Positions 29,589-38,464 of a DNA stretch of 64,000 nt are shown piece after piece. The stretch is from positions 512,001 to 576,000 of the forward strand of contig CAVXWP010000001.1 in assembly GCA_963765495.1 (NCBI GenBank). The letters are read 5' to 3'. Within the stretch, counting starts at the first letter, position 1. Each line of letters begins with the position of its first letter. The DNA comes from Blastocatellia bacterium. GTDB lineage: Bacteria > Acidobacteriota > Blastocatellia > UBA7656. Under the pieces are notes generated by a model. It was not told where the DNA came from and made no database searches. It saw only the letters and a program-made list of their open reading frames with translations. Both the position numbers and the translations under genes were made by a program.

Positions 29589-30836
29589 TCACGCCGCCTT
29601 GATCTCTTCGGCGTCAACGAGCAGAGATTTCGTCAGCCGGGGGCTTAAAAATTCGTTTATGATGACCGAAACGAGCACCGCGCTTACCACCAGATTTGTG
29701 AACTGATTCTGATATACCTGCTGATAGTTGACCGTCATGGCGACGGCTACGCCGCCCTGCGATAAAAGCCCCAGACCTGTGTGACGTGCAAGCCTGTCGG
29801 GATGTTCCGATGTGGCATAGGCTATCGAGCCGCCGATATATTTGCCCAGATAACGCAGCAGGAAATATCCGGCGATAAGCCCCGCGTTTACGTACCATCG
29901 TCTGCCGTAAGGCACCTGCCAGGCCGCGCCTGCAAATACCAGCAACACGACGTAGAAAGGCTTTTCGATTGAGTGAAGAACCTCCAATAGCTGGTTTCTG
30001 ATCCTGGATGTGTTGGCAAGCATAATGCCGAGCACAAAATTGATGAACAGGGGCGACAGGTTCAGGTAATAGGCCGCGCCGCTTGAAAAGACCACGATGC
30101 CGATCAATGCGAGCAGCAGCTTTTGCCTGCTCTGTTCGCGGCCCAGAAAAAGATAAAAGAGCGAGCCCAGAAGGATGCCGAAAGTTATATTGACTGCCAC
30201 CCATTCGGTTCTGGTCAAAGGCCTTATGCCGCTGGTCTCTCCTATGTGAAAAATGCAGAAGACGAACCCGAACAGTATAATACCCAGTAACTCGTCAAAC
30301 CTGACGGCAAACTGCAACAGGTCCGAGATGTTGCCGCTTGCGTTGTAATGATTCTTCACGACTCTAATAGCAGTCGGGGCCGATACGGCTCCCGTAGCTC
30401 CCATAACCACCGCGCTTGAAAAGACCGCAAAGATCCTTTCCTGTCCGCTCAGACTGCCTGAGAGTAAGTACCACAGGACCAGAGCAAAGGCTCCGCCAAG
30501 CAAGAGGAATGTGACGAGCGATTCGGTTAGGGCTACGCGGTAGAATTCCATGTTGATGCGGCCCATCTCTCGAAAGCGAACCTGCAAGCCCACGAGAAGT
30601 CCTATCGAACCTATAGCCAGGCTCATGATCGGGCCTAGCTGACCGACGACTTCGCGCGTCATCACGCCCGTGACATACGGCCCGACCAGCACGCCCAGGA
30701 TTATGTATTCGATACCTGATGTGAAAAAGAGACGGCTTTGGAGTTTACCGATCAAGAAATGGGCGCTCAGATACCCGACGGCCAGGATAGTTATGAATTG
30801 AATTATTGTAATAATAGCCATGATCTTTGATACCAT
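29589..30836 (-). CDS. Cation/proton antiporter (CPA-like) membrane subunit
   Basis: YIILGVLVGP, SAPTA, FDE, LLVFAGA and LLSQGGVA motifs; about 12 TM helices. Confidence 0.8.
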   Translation of the reverse strand: MVSKIMAIITIIQFITILAVGYLSAHFLIGKLQSRLFFTSGIEYIILGVLVGPYVTGVMTREVVGQLGPIMSLAIGSIGLLVGLQVRFREMGRINMEFYRVALTESLVTFLLLGGAFALVLWYLLSGSLSGQERIFAVFSSAVVMGATGAVSAPTAIRVVKNHYNASGNISDLLQFAVRFDELLGIILFGFVFCIFHIGETSGIRPLTRTEWVAVNITFGILLGSLFYLFLGREQSRQKLLLALIGIVVFSSGAAYYLNLSPLFINFVLGIMLANTSRIRNQLLEVLHSIEKPFYVVLLVFAGAAWQVPYGRRWYVNAGLIAGYFLLRYLGKYIGGSIAYATSEHPDRLARHTGLGLLSQGGVAVAMTVNYQQVYQNQFTNLVVSAVLVSVIINEFLSPRLTKSLLVDAEEIKAA

Positions 30837-30913
30837 GAAAGATGGCTGTCAGCCGCCGAGAAGCGCGCGCTTATCAGTGATTGCATTCTGTCAGCGACCA
30901 GCCGAGAGCGTCA

Positions 30914-31073
30914 AGTAAGCAGTAGGCAGTAGACAGTAGGCAGTTATTTTGAAGCCATGACTTGATCCGCGAAAATCCGCCTGATCCGCGTCATCCGTGG
31001 CCTATTTCAACTTTTCTAATCATGTACTTGGATAGAAAGCGATAATTGTCCTTAAAAAACTGCCTACTGCCCA
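30914..31073. repeat. Heptamer inverted repeat (AGTAGGC/GCCTACT) enclosing ATCCGCG-type 9/10-mer repeats
   Basis: agtaagcagtaggcagtagacagtaggcagt ... atccgcgaaaatccgcctgatccgcgtcatccgtg ... actgcctactgccca. Confidence 0.75.
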
Positions 31074-31114
31074 TCCCGCTTTTCGCACGCCCCGGTTTTC
31101 GTTAACATACGGAC

Positions 31115-32662
31115 ATGGATCGGGGTAAATTTGAAAGCATAAGAGAGTTGCTTGAATCAAGAACGGCCTGCTCGCCGGATAAAGAGTTTCTCTTTTCCGA
31201 AAGCGACGGGCGCGTATTCACCTATTCCCAGTTTGATTGCGAGGTCAATCGCGCTGCGAATCTGCTCGCCTTCGCGGGCGTCACGAAAGGCGAACGCGTT
31301 AGCCTTCTTCTCACAAATTGCGTCGAATACCTGATCTTTTATTTCGCGTGCTTCAAGATAGGCGCGTGGGCCGGACCCGTAAACGCATTGCTTACGCCGC
31401 GCGAGATTGAATACATCATAAACAATTGCGAGGCAATGGTCGCCGTAACTCAATCAGACCTCTACGCCAAACTTGCCGAAGCCAGTACGCCATCGCTCAA
31501 GCGAATCATAATTACAGGCGATGGACAATCAAAGGCAGATGATTCACCGTTCATCATTGCGGATTCGACGTTCACAGACGATAGCGCGCCGCCTGTCTTC
31601 CAAATCTCAACCGATGACGAAGCTTTGATAATCTATACCTCTGGGACTACGGGCAAGCCCAAAGGCGTATTGCTCACGCACGGCAATATGCTTACAAACG
31701 CGGAAGAGATCGCCCGATGGCTGGCTTTGACAGAAGCCGACCGGTCGCTGATGATAATGCCGTTATTCCACGTGAACGCGCTTATGACGACAGCGATGGC
31801 CGCGCTGTGGGCGAGCGCAAGCGTAGTGCTCGCCCACAGGTTCAGCGCCTCTCGCCACTGGGAGATGATTTCTCGCTACGGCGTGACCTATTTCGGCTCG
31901 GTCGCAACGATGCTCTCCTTGCTCAATCACAATTACACGGACGGCATACCGCAGGGGCTGGACACCTCCGGTCTCAGATTCGCGCTCTGCGGGTCCGCGC
32001 CCGTTCCGGTCGAGATACTTAGACAGTTCGAATCGCTTTTTGCCTGTCCGGTAGTCGAGGGCTACGGGCTGTCGGAATCAACCTGCCGCTCGACCTTCAA
32101 CCCGCCGGACGAGCGACGGCGACCCGGCTCGGTCGGCCTCCCCATAGGCAACGAGATCAGAGTGTTCGACGACAACGATCAGGAGCTTCCCGTCGGACAG
32201 GTCGGAGAGATTGTCCTGCGCGGGGCGAACTTGATGAAAGGCTATTACCTGAACGACGAGGCCACGAGCGAGGCGTTTCGCTCGGGCTGGTTTCACACGG
32301 GCGACCTCGGTTATGCGGATGAGGACGGCTTTTTCTACATCGTAGACCGCAAGAGCGATATGATAATTCGCGGGGGCGAAAACATCTATCCGCGAGAGAT
32401 TGACGAAGCGCTTTATCAGCATCCGAAGATCAAAGACGCGGCGACCATCGGCATAAGCGATCCCGTTTATGGCGAAGAGGTGAAATCCTTTATCGTGTTA
32501 AAGGCAGGCGAGCAGGCATCCGAACAAGAGATCATAGAGTTTTGCCGCAAACGGCTGGCCGACTTTAAATGCCCAAAGACCGTAGAATTTCTCGAAGACA
32601 TTCCAAAGGGCCCCACGGGCAAACTGCTCAAGCGAGAACTGGCTGACAGGAAAAAGGGCTAG
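31115..32662 (+). CDS. AMP-forming acyl-CoA synthetase (long-chain fatty acid--CoA ligase family)
   Basis: IYTSGTTGKPKG, EGYGLSE, FHTGDLG and PKGPTGK motifs. Confidence 0.93.
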   Translation: MDRGKFESIRELLESRTACSPDKEFLFSESDGRVFTYSQFDCEVNRAANLLAFAGVTKGERVSLLLTNCVEYLIFYFACFKIGAWAGPVNALLTPREIEYIINNCEAMVAVTQSDLYAKLAEASTPSLKRIIITGDGQSKADDSPFIIADSTFTDDSAPPVFQISTDDEALIIYTSGTTGKPKGVLLTHGNMLTNAEEIARWLALTEADRSLMIMPLFHVNALMTTAMAALWASASVVLAHRFSASRHWEMISRYGVTYFGSVATMLSLLNHNYTDGIPQGLDTSGLRFALCGSAPVPVEILRQFESLFACPVVEGYGLSESTCRSTFNPPDERRRPGSVGLPIGNEIRVFDDNDQELPVGQVGEIVLRGANLMKGYYLNDEATSEAFRSGWFHTGDLGYADEDGFFYIVDRKSDMIIRGGENIYPREIDEALYQHPKIKDAATIGISDPVYGEEVKSFIVLKAGEQASEQEIIEFCRKRLADFKCPKTVEFLEDIPKGPTGKLLKRELADRKKG

Positions 32663-32717
32663 ACAAGATAAAATATGAATCTTGTTGAATCCAATCTAAT
32701 CCTGATAATCCTGTCTA
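32660..32717. repeat. Nonamer-type inverted repeat between convergent genes
   Basis: TAGACAAGAT ... aatcctgataATCCTGTCTA; its two ends are the stop codons of both flanking genes. Confidence 0.6.
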
Positions 32718-32945
32718 CTGTTTCGCCTGAATCCAGAGCAGGTGACCTACCCATATGGCCGCGCTCACGCAGAGGATAAAGATCGTAACGCAGGCCAGGA
32801 ACTGGCCTACCCGTATGCTCTTTGAGCCGACCAGTTGCGGATTCCTCGCTTCGGCCCAGAGTATGGAATGAACTACAAAATAGGTCAGCACGTACCAGAC
32901 GAAAGCGCCCGCAAACAGGCCTGTGATAGCGGCGATAAAATACAT
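32715..32945 (-). CDS. Small two-TM membrane protein
   Basis: 76 aa, two hydrophobic helices, GAGGG RBS. Confidence 0.6.
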   Translation of the reverse strand: MYFIAAITGLFAGAFVWYVLTYFVVHSILWAEARNPQLVGSKSIRVGQFLACVTIFILCVSAAIWVGHLLWIQAKQ

Positions 32946-32992
32946 CGAATACCCTCAAATAGGTCAAAAATTCAGACAGCGCCTCGCTTTTG

Positions 32993-33502
32993 TTAAAGCT
33001 TCGAGAGCAGGCGCAACTGTTTAGGCATAAAGAACCAGACAAGACTGCCTCGGAGCGCGGGCACCGTTTCCTTCACATTTATGCAGCAGACGCCGCCCTT
33101 TTTGACCTGTAAAGAGAGGCCCGTGTTGCCGTGCGCGATCCTTGAAATCAACTCGCCCAGATCAGGCTGATGGCCGACCAGGGCGATGGATTCGGCGTTC
33201 TTGTGCTTTTTGATTTCGGAAAACAACTCTTCCGCCGACGCGCCCGGCTTGAGGTTGTCGGTTCGGTGGATTTGCTTTTTATCTACTCCCAGCGCTTCGG
33301 CTATTATCTCTGCCGTTTCGTTTGCGCGGGCGAGCGGGCTGGTCAGGATAATATCGAATTCGATGCCGAGTTTGCGAAGCCCCTTTGCCGAGGCGCGCAT
33401 CCGGTCGCGCCCGTCGGAGGTGAGCACTCGCTTTTCATCTCTGAAGTCATTCTTCTTTCCGAGCGGCTGGGCAATCCCATGCCGTATCATGTACAGATTC
33501 AT
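32993..33502 (-). CDS. sixA: Phosphohistidine phosphatase SixA
   Basis: LYMIRHG, ILTSPLARA.ETA and LVGHQP motifs; start moved to ATG 33502 after GGGAG. Confidence 0.9.
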   Translation of the reverse strand: MNLYMIRHGIAQPLGKKNDFRDEKRVLTSDGRDRMRASAKGLRKLGIEFDIILTSPLARANETAEIIAEALGVDKKQIHRTDNLKPGASAEELFSEIKKHKNAESIALVGHQPDLGELISRIAHGNTGLSLQVKKGGVCCINVKETVPALRGSLVWFFMPKQLRLLSKL

Positions 33503-33554
33503 CGAAAAACTCCCCCCGCGCAAGAATCCCTCATTATAGCGATAGCCTGCTCTA

Positions 33555-35172
33555 CCAGCAATTCTCGGTAAGGCTGTAAATGAAGAAAACAAGCCAAGAG
33601 GTGGATTGAGTTTTTGCGCTTTGCTATCCTTTGGCCTATGCGACCTCTTAAGAGCCTCACTCTGGATGCTATTATTTCCCGCTTCTCTCATGCCTTCTCT
33701 GCCTCTCCTGATTACAGAGATGCCGGTAAAGTCAACTACCCCTTGCGCGACTGTCTGATGAGCGGCTTCGCGATGATGTTTTTCCAACATAAGAGCCTGC
33801 TTGAGTTTCAGCGCAGGATGAAACAAAGACGCGGGCGGTCTAATCTTGAGACTATCTTCTGTGTTAAAGATATTCCTTCTGACTCTCAGATGAGAGAGGT
33901 TTTAGACTCCGCTCCGACGCAAGATTTGCGTCGGCTTTTGCCGAGGCTGTTTGAGGATGTCAGACGAGCGGGTTGGGCAACCGATTTCAAGACCTTCATC
34001 CCTACTGGCCAAAACCAGGGCGACTACTACACGCTTATGCTTGATGGGACCGAGTACTTTCATTCTACAAACATAGAGTGCCCGTCGTGTTTGACAAAGA
34101 CTGACAAGAGTGGGCAGATACATTACTCACACTGTGTAGTGGCCGCGACTTTGGTTCGGGCCTCCTCGCATAGAGTTCTTCCACTCGATGTAGAAGAGGT
34201 TCAAAACACTGACGGACAACAAAAACAAGACTGCGAGTTGAATGCCGGTAAGCGACTCATAGAGCGGTTGCGTCGTGAGCACCCGCAAATGGAGATGATC
34301 GTTGGAGGCGATGATCTTTATTCACACGAGCCTTTTGTAGAACTACTTCAAAGCAAGCGAATCCATTACGTGTTGGTAGCAAAACCTGATTCTCACACAG
34401 AACTCTTTGAAAGGGTGGAAGAGTTGGCTCGTTTGCCTCAGTGTGAGCAAGGGGAGTGGGAAGAAGGGCCAGCCTGCAAGCGAAGGTACTTTCAATACCG
34501 TGTCGTGCGAAGTGTGCCCCTGTCATCATCTCGCAAAGTAAGGGTGATGTTCGTAGAAGTGTGGGAGAGAGACAAACAAGGAAGATTACTCTACCACAAC
34601 TCTTGGATAACAGATTTGGAAGTAGACATTGAGAACCTGACGGTGATAGTAGCGATAGGACGGTCGAGATGGAAGATCGAAAATGAGCACTTCAACGTGG
34701 CAAAGAATCACGGTTATGAGATGGAGCATAACTTTGGGCATGGGAAGAAGAATCTATCTATGGTCTTTTACTTGTTGAACCTGCTGGCATTTGTAGTGCA
34801 CAAGATAATAGAGAAGGGAGACCATCTGTATCAGAAATGTCGAGCGATGGAGACGCTGAAAGAATTGTGGAATGGGTTGAGGACCATCATGAAGACATTC
34901 CTGGTGGAGAGTTGGAAAGAAATGCTTATGATGTATATAGGAGAAGAAGAAGGCGATCCGTAAGCAGGAAAGGCTCAGGCCGGGGCCAAAGAGAAGCGGT
35001 CAGGAAAGCAAAAAGAGAAGATAGAAATGAGAAGAAGGGGAGGCAAACAAAGACAGAACGAGAAGAAGGGAAAGCAGGATGGTGGAAAGGAGAAGTTGTA
35101 TCCAAGTGGTCAATATCTCCACCTGCAACTCTGAGAGGCATTTTCATTGCCACTCTCACCAAGAATTCCTGG
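33555..35172 (+). mobile_element. Insertion sequence (~1.6 kb) with DDE transposase and imperfect terminal inverted repeats
   Basis: Left end CCAGCAATTCTCGGTAAG vs right end (revcomp) CCAGGAATTCTTGGTGAG, 15/18 identical; flanks ctcta/ctcaa; AT-richer than neighbouring genes. Confidence 0.85.
33638..34963 (+). CDS. DDE transposase (IS4-like/ISNCY-type)
   Basis: LDGT (D1), GDDLY (D2), GRSRWKIENE (RWxIE signature), CPSC motif. Confidence 0.88.
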   Translation: MRPLKSLTLDAIISRFSHAFSASPDYRDAGKVNYPLRDCLMSGFAMMFFQHKSLLEFQRRMKQRRGRSNLETIFCVKDIPSDSQMREVLDSAPTQDLRRLLPRLFEDVRRAGWATDFKTFIPTGQNQGDYYTLMLDGTEYFHSTNIECPSCLTKTDKSGQIHYSHCVVAATLVRASSHRVLPLDVEEVQNTDGQQKQDCELNAGKRLIERLRREHPQMEMIVGGDDLYSHEPFVELLQSKRIHYVLVAKPDSHTELFERVEELARLPQCEQGEWEEGPACKRRYFQYRVVRSVPLSSSRKVRVMFVEVWERDKQGRLLYHNSWITDLEVDIENLTVIVAIGRSRWKIENEHFNVAKNHGYEMEHNFGHGKKNLSMVFYLLNLLAFVVHKIIEKGDHLYQKCRAMETLKELWNGLRTIMKTFLVESWKEMLMMYIGEEEGDP

Positions 35173-35179
35173 CTCAAAG

Positions 35180-35209
35180 TTGACATAATGGCGCGCACTC
35201 TTCTAGCAT
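35180..35209 (+). promoter_or_regulatory. Sigma70-type promoter of the MFS gene, just outside the IS right end
   Basis: TTGACA-18 nt-TAGCAT. Confidence 0.55.
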
Positions 35210-35221
35210 CGCTAAAAGCGA

Positions 35222-36478
35222 ATGGCTACGGCAAAAACCGATCAGGCTCAAACGAACGCGCAAGAAAACCCGTCACCGCGCGCGGGCGTGGTGATGGCTA
35301 TTTTATTGCTGATATTTTTTCTCGGCACAAGCGATAACCAGATGATCTCGCCGTTGCTTCCGCGAATCGCCGGAGAGTTCGGTCTGGAAGTCGGGCGGGT
35401 AGGAGAGATGATGGGACCGGCCTATGCGCTCGCAGCCGCATCGGCCGCGCTTTTGATCGGCCCCATCTCAGACAGATTCGGGCGGCGCAGGTTTCTGCTT
35501 TACGCCTCCCTCCTCTTCGGCTTTTCGCTCCTGTTGGTCTCTTTAATTCGAAACATTAACCTGCTGGTCGGGTTGAGGATGCTTACGGGGCTTGCCGCCG
35601 GAGTCTTTTCCACCTGCTCGATTGCTTATGTCGGAGATTTTTTCCCTTATGAACGACGCGGCGTAGCCATGAGCGTAGTGCAGGCCGGATATTTTCTCGC
35701 GCTTGTGCTTGGAGTTCCGGTGGCCGCGCTGCTGGCTCAATGGCAGGGCTGGCGTACGAGTTTCGCCTCTTTCGGCCTGCTTTCCTTTTTGGCGTTTTTG
35801 CTTGTGGCGCTGCTTTTGCCCGATGACAGGCATCAATTGAGCGATGCGGATGTCTCGACCCGTGTGGCTCGCCGGTTCGATAACATCAGAACCTCTTTCG
35901 AGGGCCGGGACCGCCGGGCTGCCATCGCGGCGGCCTTTTGCGTGTCGGGCGGGTTTGTGGGATTCCTCTTTTATCTTGGTTCGTGGCTCGCTACAAACTT
36001 CGGTCTGAAGACGGGACAGGTCGGGCTGTTTTTTATAGCCGTAGGGATAGCGGCGCTCATCGGCGCGCTCGTCGCCGGTCCCGTAGCCGACAGATTCGGC
36101 AAGCGGGGGCTTTCGGTGATCAGTTCGCTTGCGCTTGCCGTTTCGCTTATTTTGATACCGCGATTCGGATGGGGCATTTTATTGTTCGCGGGATTTCTTA
36201 TCGCGAGTCTCGCCTTCGCCTTTCGGCAGGGGCCGTTGCAGGCTCTGGCCACCGAACTTGTCCCGCGCCGCGCTCGCGGCTCGTTTGTTGCCGTCCGAAA
36301 CACCGCTTCTCAAACAGGCATAGCCGTTGCGACCGCCGTGAGCGGTCAGCTTTATGACCGCTTCGGATATGAGGCGGTGGGAATTTTCAGCGCCGTAGTC
36401 ACTATTGCCGCCGCTGTTTTCATTTATTTGATAGGAGAGCCGCAGACCGATGCGGCGAGGGGTGATCACCGATCATGA
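35222..36478 (+). CDS. MFS transporter
   Basis: GPISDRFGRR and GPVADRFGKR motif A; 12 TM helices. Confidence 0.92.
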   Translation: MATAKTDQAQTNAQENPSPRAGVVMAILLLIFFLGTSDNQMISPLLPRIAGEFGLEVGRVGEMMGPAYALAAASAALLIGPISDRFGRRRFLLYASLLFGFSLLLVSLIRNINLLVGLRMLTGLAAGVFSTCSIAYVGDFFPYERRGVAMSVVQAGYFLALVLGVPVAALLAQWQGWRTSFASFGLLSFLAFLLVALLLPDDRHQLSDADVSTRVARRFDNIRTSFEGRDRRAAIAAAFCVSGGFVGFLFYLGSWLATNFGLKTGQVGLFFIAVGIAALIGALVAGPVADRFGKRGLSVISSLALAVSLILIPRFGWGILLFAGFLIASLAFAFRQGPLQALATELVPRRARGSFVAVRNTASQTGIAVATAVSGQLYDRFGYEAVGIFSAVVTIAAAVFIYLIGEPQTDAARGDHRS

Positions 36479-37443
36479 ACGCTACAACTGTACCCGATGT
36501 TGAAAAACCGCGCCCGCGCCGATGGTGGCGTATATTAAAACGCGTGCTGATAGGTCTTGTCATACTGGTTCTGATTCTGGTCTTTGGAGTCTTTCCCTAT
36601 CTGCTCGCCCGGCTCGTGACGGGCGCAAGCACGCGACCTATGGACCGGCGAGAAACCTCGACGCCCGCAGATTACGAAGTCCAGTACAAGGACGTTGAGT
36701 TTCAGACTCTGGACGGCGTAAAGATAAGCGGATGGCTGATTCCGGCGCGACCGGGACACGCGACGATCATCTATTCGCACGGTCTGTTTCGCTCGCGTCG
36801 GGAATTGTTGCCGCGAGCGATGGATATCTGTCGGCTCGGGTACGGAGCCCTGCTTTATGATTCGCGCAATCACGGCGAAAGCGGTCCGGCTCGCGTGACG
36901 CTCGGCTACAATGAAAGGCTCGATGCCGAAGCAGCGGTCAAATATCTGCAAGAACAGGTGGGAACAAAAGACCCCATAGTGCTTTTCGGAATCTCGATGG
37001 GCGCGGCAACGGCTCTGCTTGCCGCTGCCGAAACGCCCGAAGTGGCGGCGGTCATATCAGACAGTTCGTTCCTCTCTTTCAGAGACACAACCGATCATCA
37101 CATGAAGCTCTTTCTGCACCTGCCGAGTTTCCCCGTAGCCAATGAGGTAAGGTATTACATCGAAAAAAGAGCCCATTTCGACGGTGATAAACTCAACCCG
37201 CTCGAAGCCGTAAAACAGATGGGCAAGCGCCCCATACTGTTTATCGCCGGAGCAAACGACAAGCGGATGCCGCCCGAAATAGCCGAGACGCTTCGCAATG
37301 CGTCCGAAACCCCTGCAAGCGATCTGTTGATCGTTGATGGAGAAGGGTCCGAAATACACGGACATGCCTATCAGGCAAACCCACGGCTCTACATCGTCAG
37401 CGTAGCCAAATTTCTCCACGCCACGGTGGACGCAAATCAGTAA
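36475..37443 (+). CDS. Membrane-anchored alpha/beta hydrolase
   Basis: HG, D.RNHGES, GISMG nucleophile elbow, D and H downstream; ATGA overlap with the MFS gene. Confidence 0.88.
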   Translation: MNATTVPDVEKPRPRRWWRILKRVLIGLVILVLILVFGVFPYLLARLVTGASTRPMDRRETSTPADYEVQYKDVEFQTLDGVKISGWLIPARPGHATIIYSHGLFRSRRELLPRAMDICRLGYGALLYDSRNHGESGPARVTLGYNERLDAEAAVKYLQEQVGTKDPIVLFGISMGAATALLAAAETPEVAAVISDSSFLSFRDTTDHHMKLFLHLPSFPVANEVRYYIEKRAHFDGDKLNPLEAVKQMGKRPILFIAGANDKRMPPEIAETLRNASETPASDLLIVDGEGSEIHGHAYQANPRLYIVSVAKFLHATVDANQ

Positions 37444-37444
37444 T

Positions 37445-37515
37445 GATGCGTGACGCGTGAATTTCAGGCAGATGAGTGTTAACAGCTTAATTTCTTGACT
37501 CACGTATCACGCATC
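37445..37515. repeat. Heptamer tandem-inverted-repeat element, copy C
   Basis: gatgcgtgacgcgtga ... tcacgtatcacgcatc; reverse complement shares ctgcctgaaa with copy A. Confidence 0.8.
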
Positions 37516-37661
37516 GCAGATGCCGTATACAATTCTTAAACTTGAACGCCCGGCTGTCACTGTGCGTTTTGTTTGAACCGCCGCCTCGTGGTAAACTGCG
37601 GTGGCAGGCGTTCTCAGCCACACACTGCCCCAATCTAGTTGCCTCTGTTAGGGAGGTGTTA

Positions 37662-38423
37662 ATGTCCGGGTTTGATATTCAAGCATTACTGCGATTCCAG
37701 CCGGCGCGTTATTATTGCGTCAAATGTCTGGCTCTTACCTGTGAGATAGCCACATCCGGCCCGGGCGTGGGCCGTACCCGCGACGGACGAGTAGAGTGCT
37801 CTGTATGTAAAGTCGAATATACTCCAACCTCGTCCTACTCGGCCTCCGACGTGGCCTCGTATCTGTCGGATATGAGCTACCACATAAGAACGGCAGAGAT
37901 ACTGAAGCAGGCTCAATTGCTTGCGGCCATAGCAAAAAACGCCCGGCGGCGCGATCCGAAATACCCGCCTCTGCGTTGTCTGCTGGAAGCCTTTTCGCGG
38001 GCGGAGAGCTTTATTCATTTCACCACGGCCAGCATAAGCCGGGTGCTGGTCGGAGCCTTGAAACTCACCGCGCAACGCATTCCCGTGCGCGGGGTAGTCA
38101 CAAATATCGACGCTTCGCTTCTGACCGAGTTGATGGATTATCGCGAGGAGGCTCCGGGGCTTTCGGTAAAAGTCCATTCGCCCGATGCGGACGAGACAAA
38201 AAGACTTCACCCGAACCTGATCGTGATCGACGGGCTTCTGGCCTTCAAGGGCCCTGCCAACCTTACGATGAGCGAATGGCGCAGAGCAGCACTGAAAACG
38301 GATCTTGAAGTTGTAGTGACCGATGTGGAAGAGATCATAGATCTCCATAACCTCTACTTCTCGCCCTTATGGAAGGGGATGAGCATGATCGGCGATACCA
38401 TAACTATGGATTTTCCGCATTGA
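37662..38423 (+). CDS. Zn-ribbon + phospholipase D-like domain protein (degenerate HKD)
   Basis: CVKC...CSVC; RLHPNLIVIDG..AFKGPANLT resembles HxKxxxxD...GSANxT; GGGAGG before ATG 37662. Confidence 0.65.
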   Translation: MSGFDIQALLRFQPARYYCVKCLALTCEIATSGPGVGRTRDGRVECSVCKVEYTPTSSYSASDVASYLSDMSYHIRTAEILKQAQLLAAIAKNARRRDPKYPPLRCLLEAFSRAESFIHFTTASISRVLVGALKLTAQRIPVRGVVTNIDASLLTELMDYREEAPGLSVKVHSPDADETKRLHPNLIVIDGLLAFKGPANLTMSEWRRAALKTDLEVVVTDVEEIIDLHNLYFSPLWKGMSMIGDTITMDFPH

Positions 38424-38464
38424 GTGCGTTTGCTCATTCACAACCGCTTGATTAAGATAGGAAG

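Noticed and set aside
33503-33826. Long N-terminal extension of SixA
   Set aside because: Reads into the IS; SixA begins at MNLYMIRHG (33502)
34837-35337. 166-aa Arg/Lys/Glu-rich ORF
   Set aside because: Product of the purine-rich IS tail; crosses the IS end and overlaps real genes
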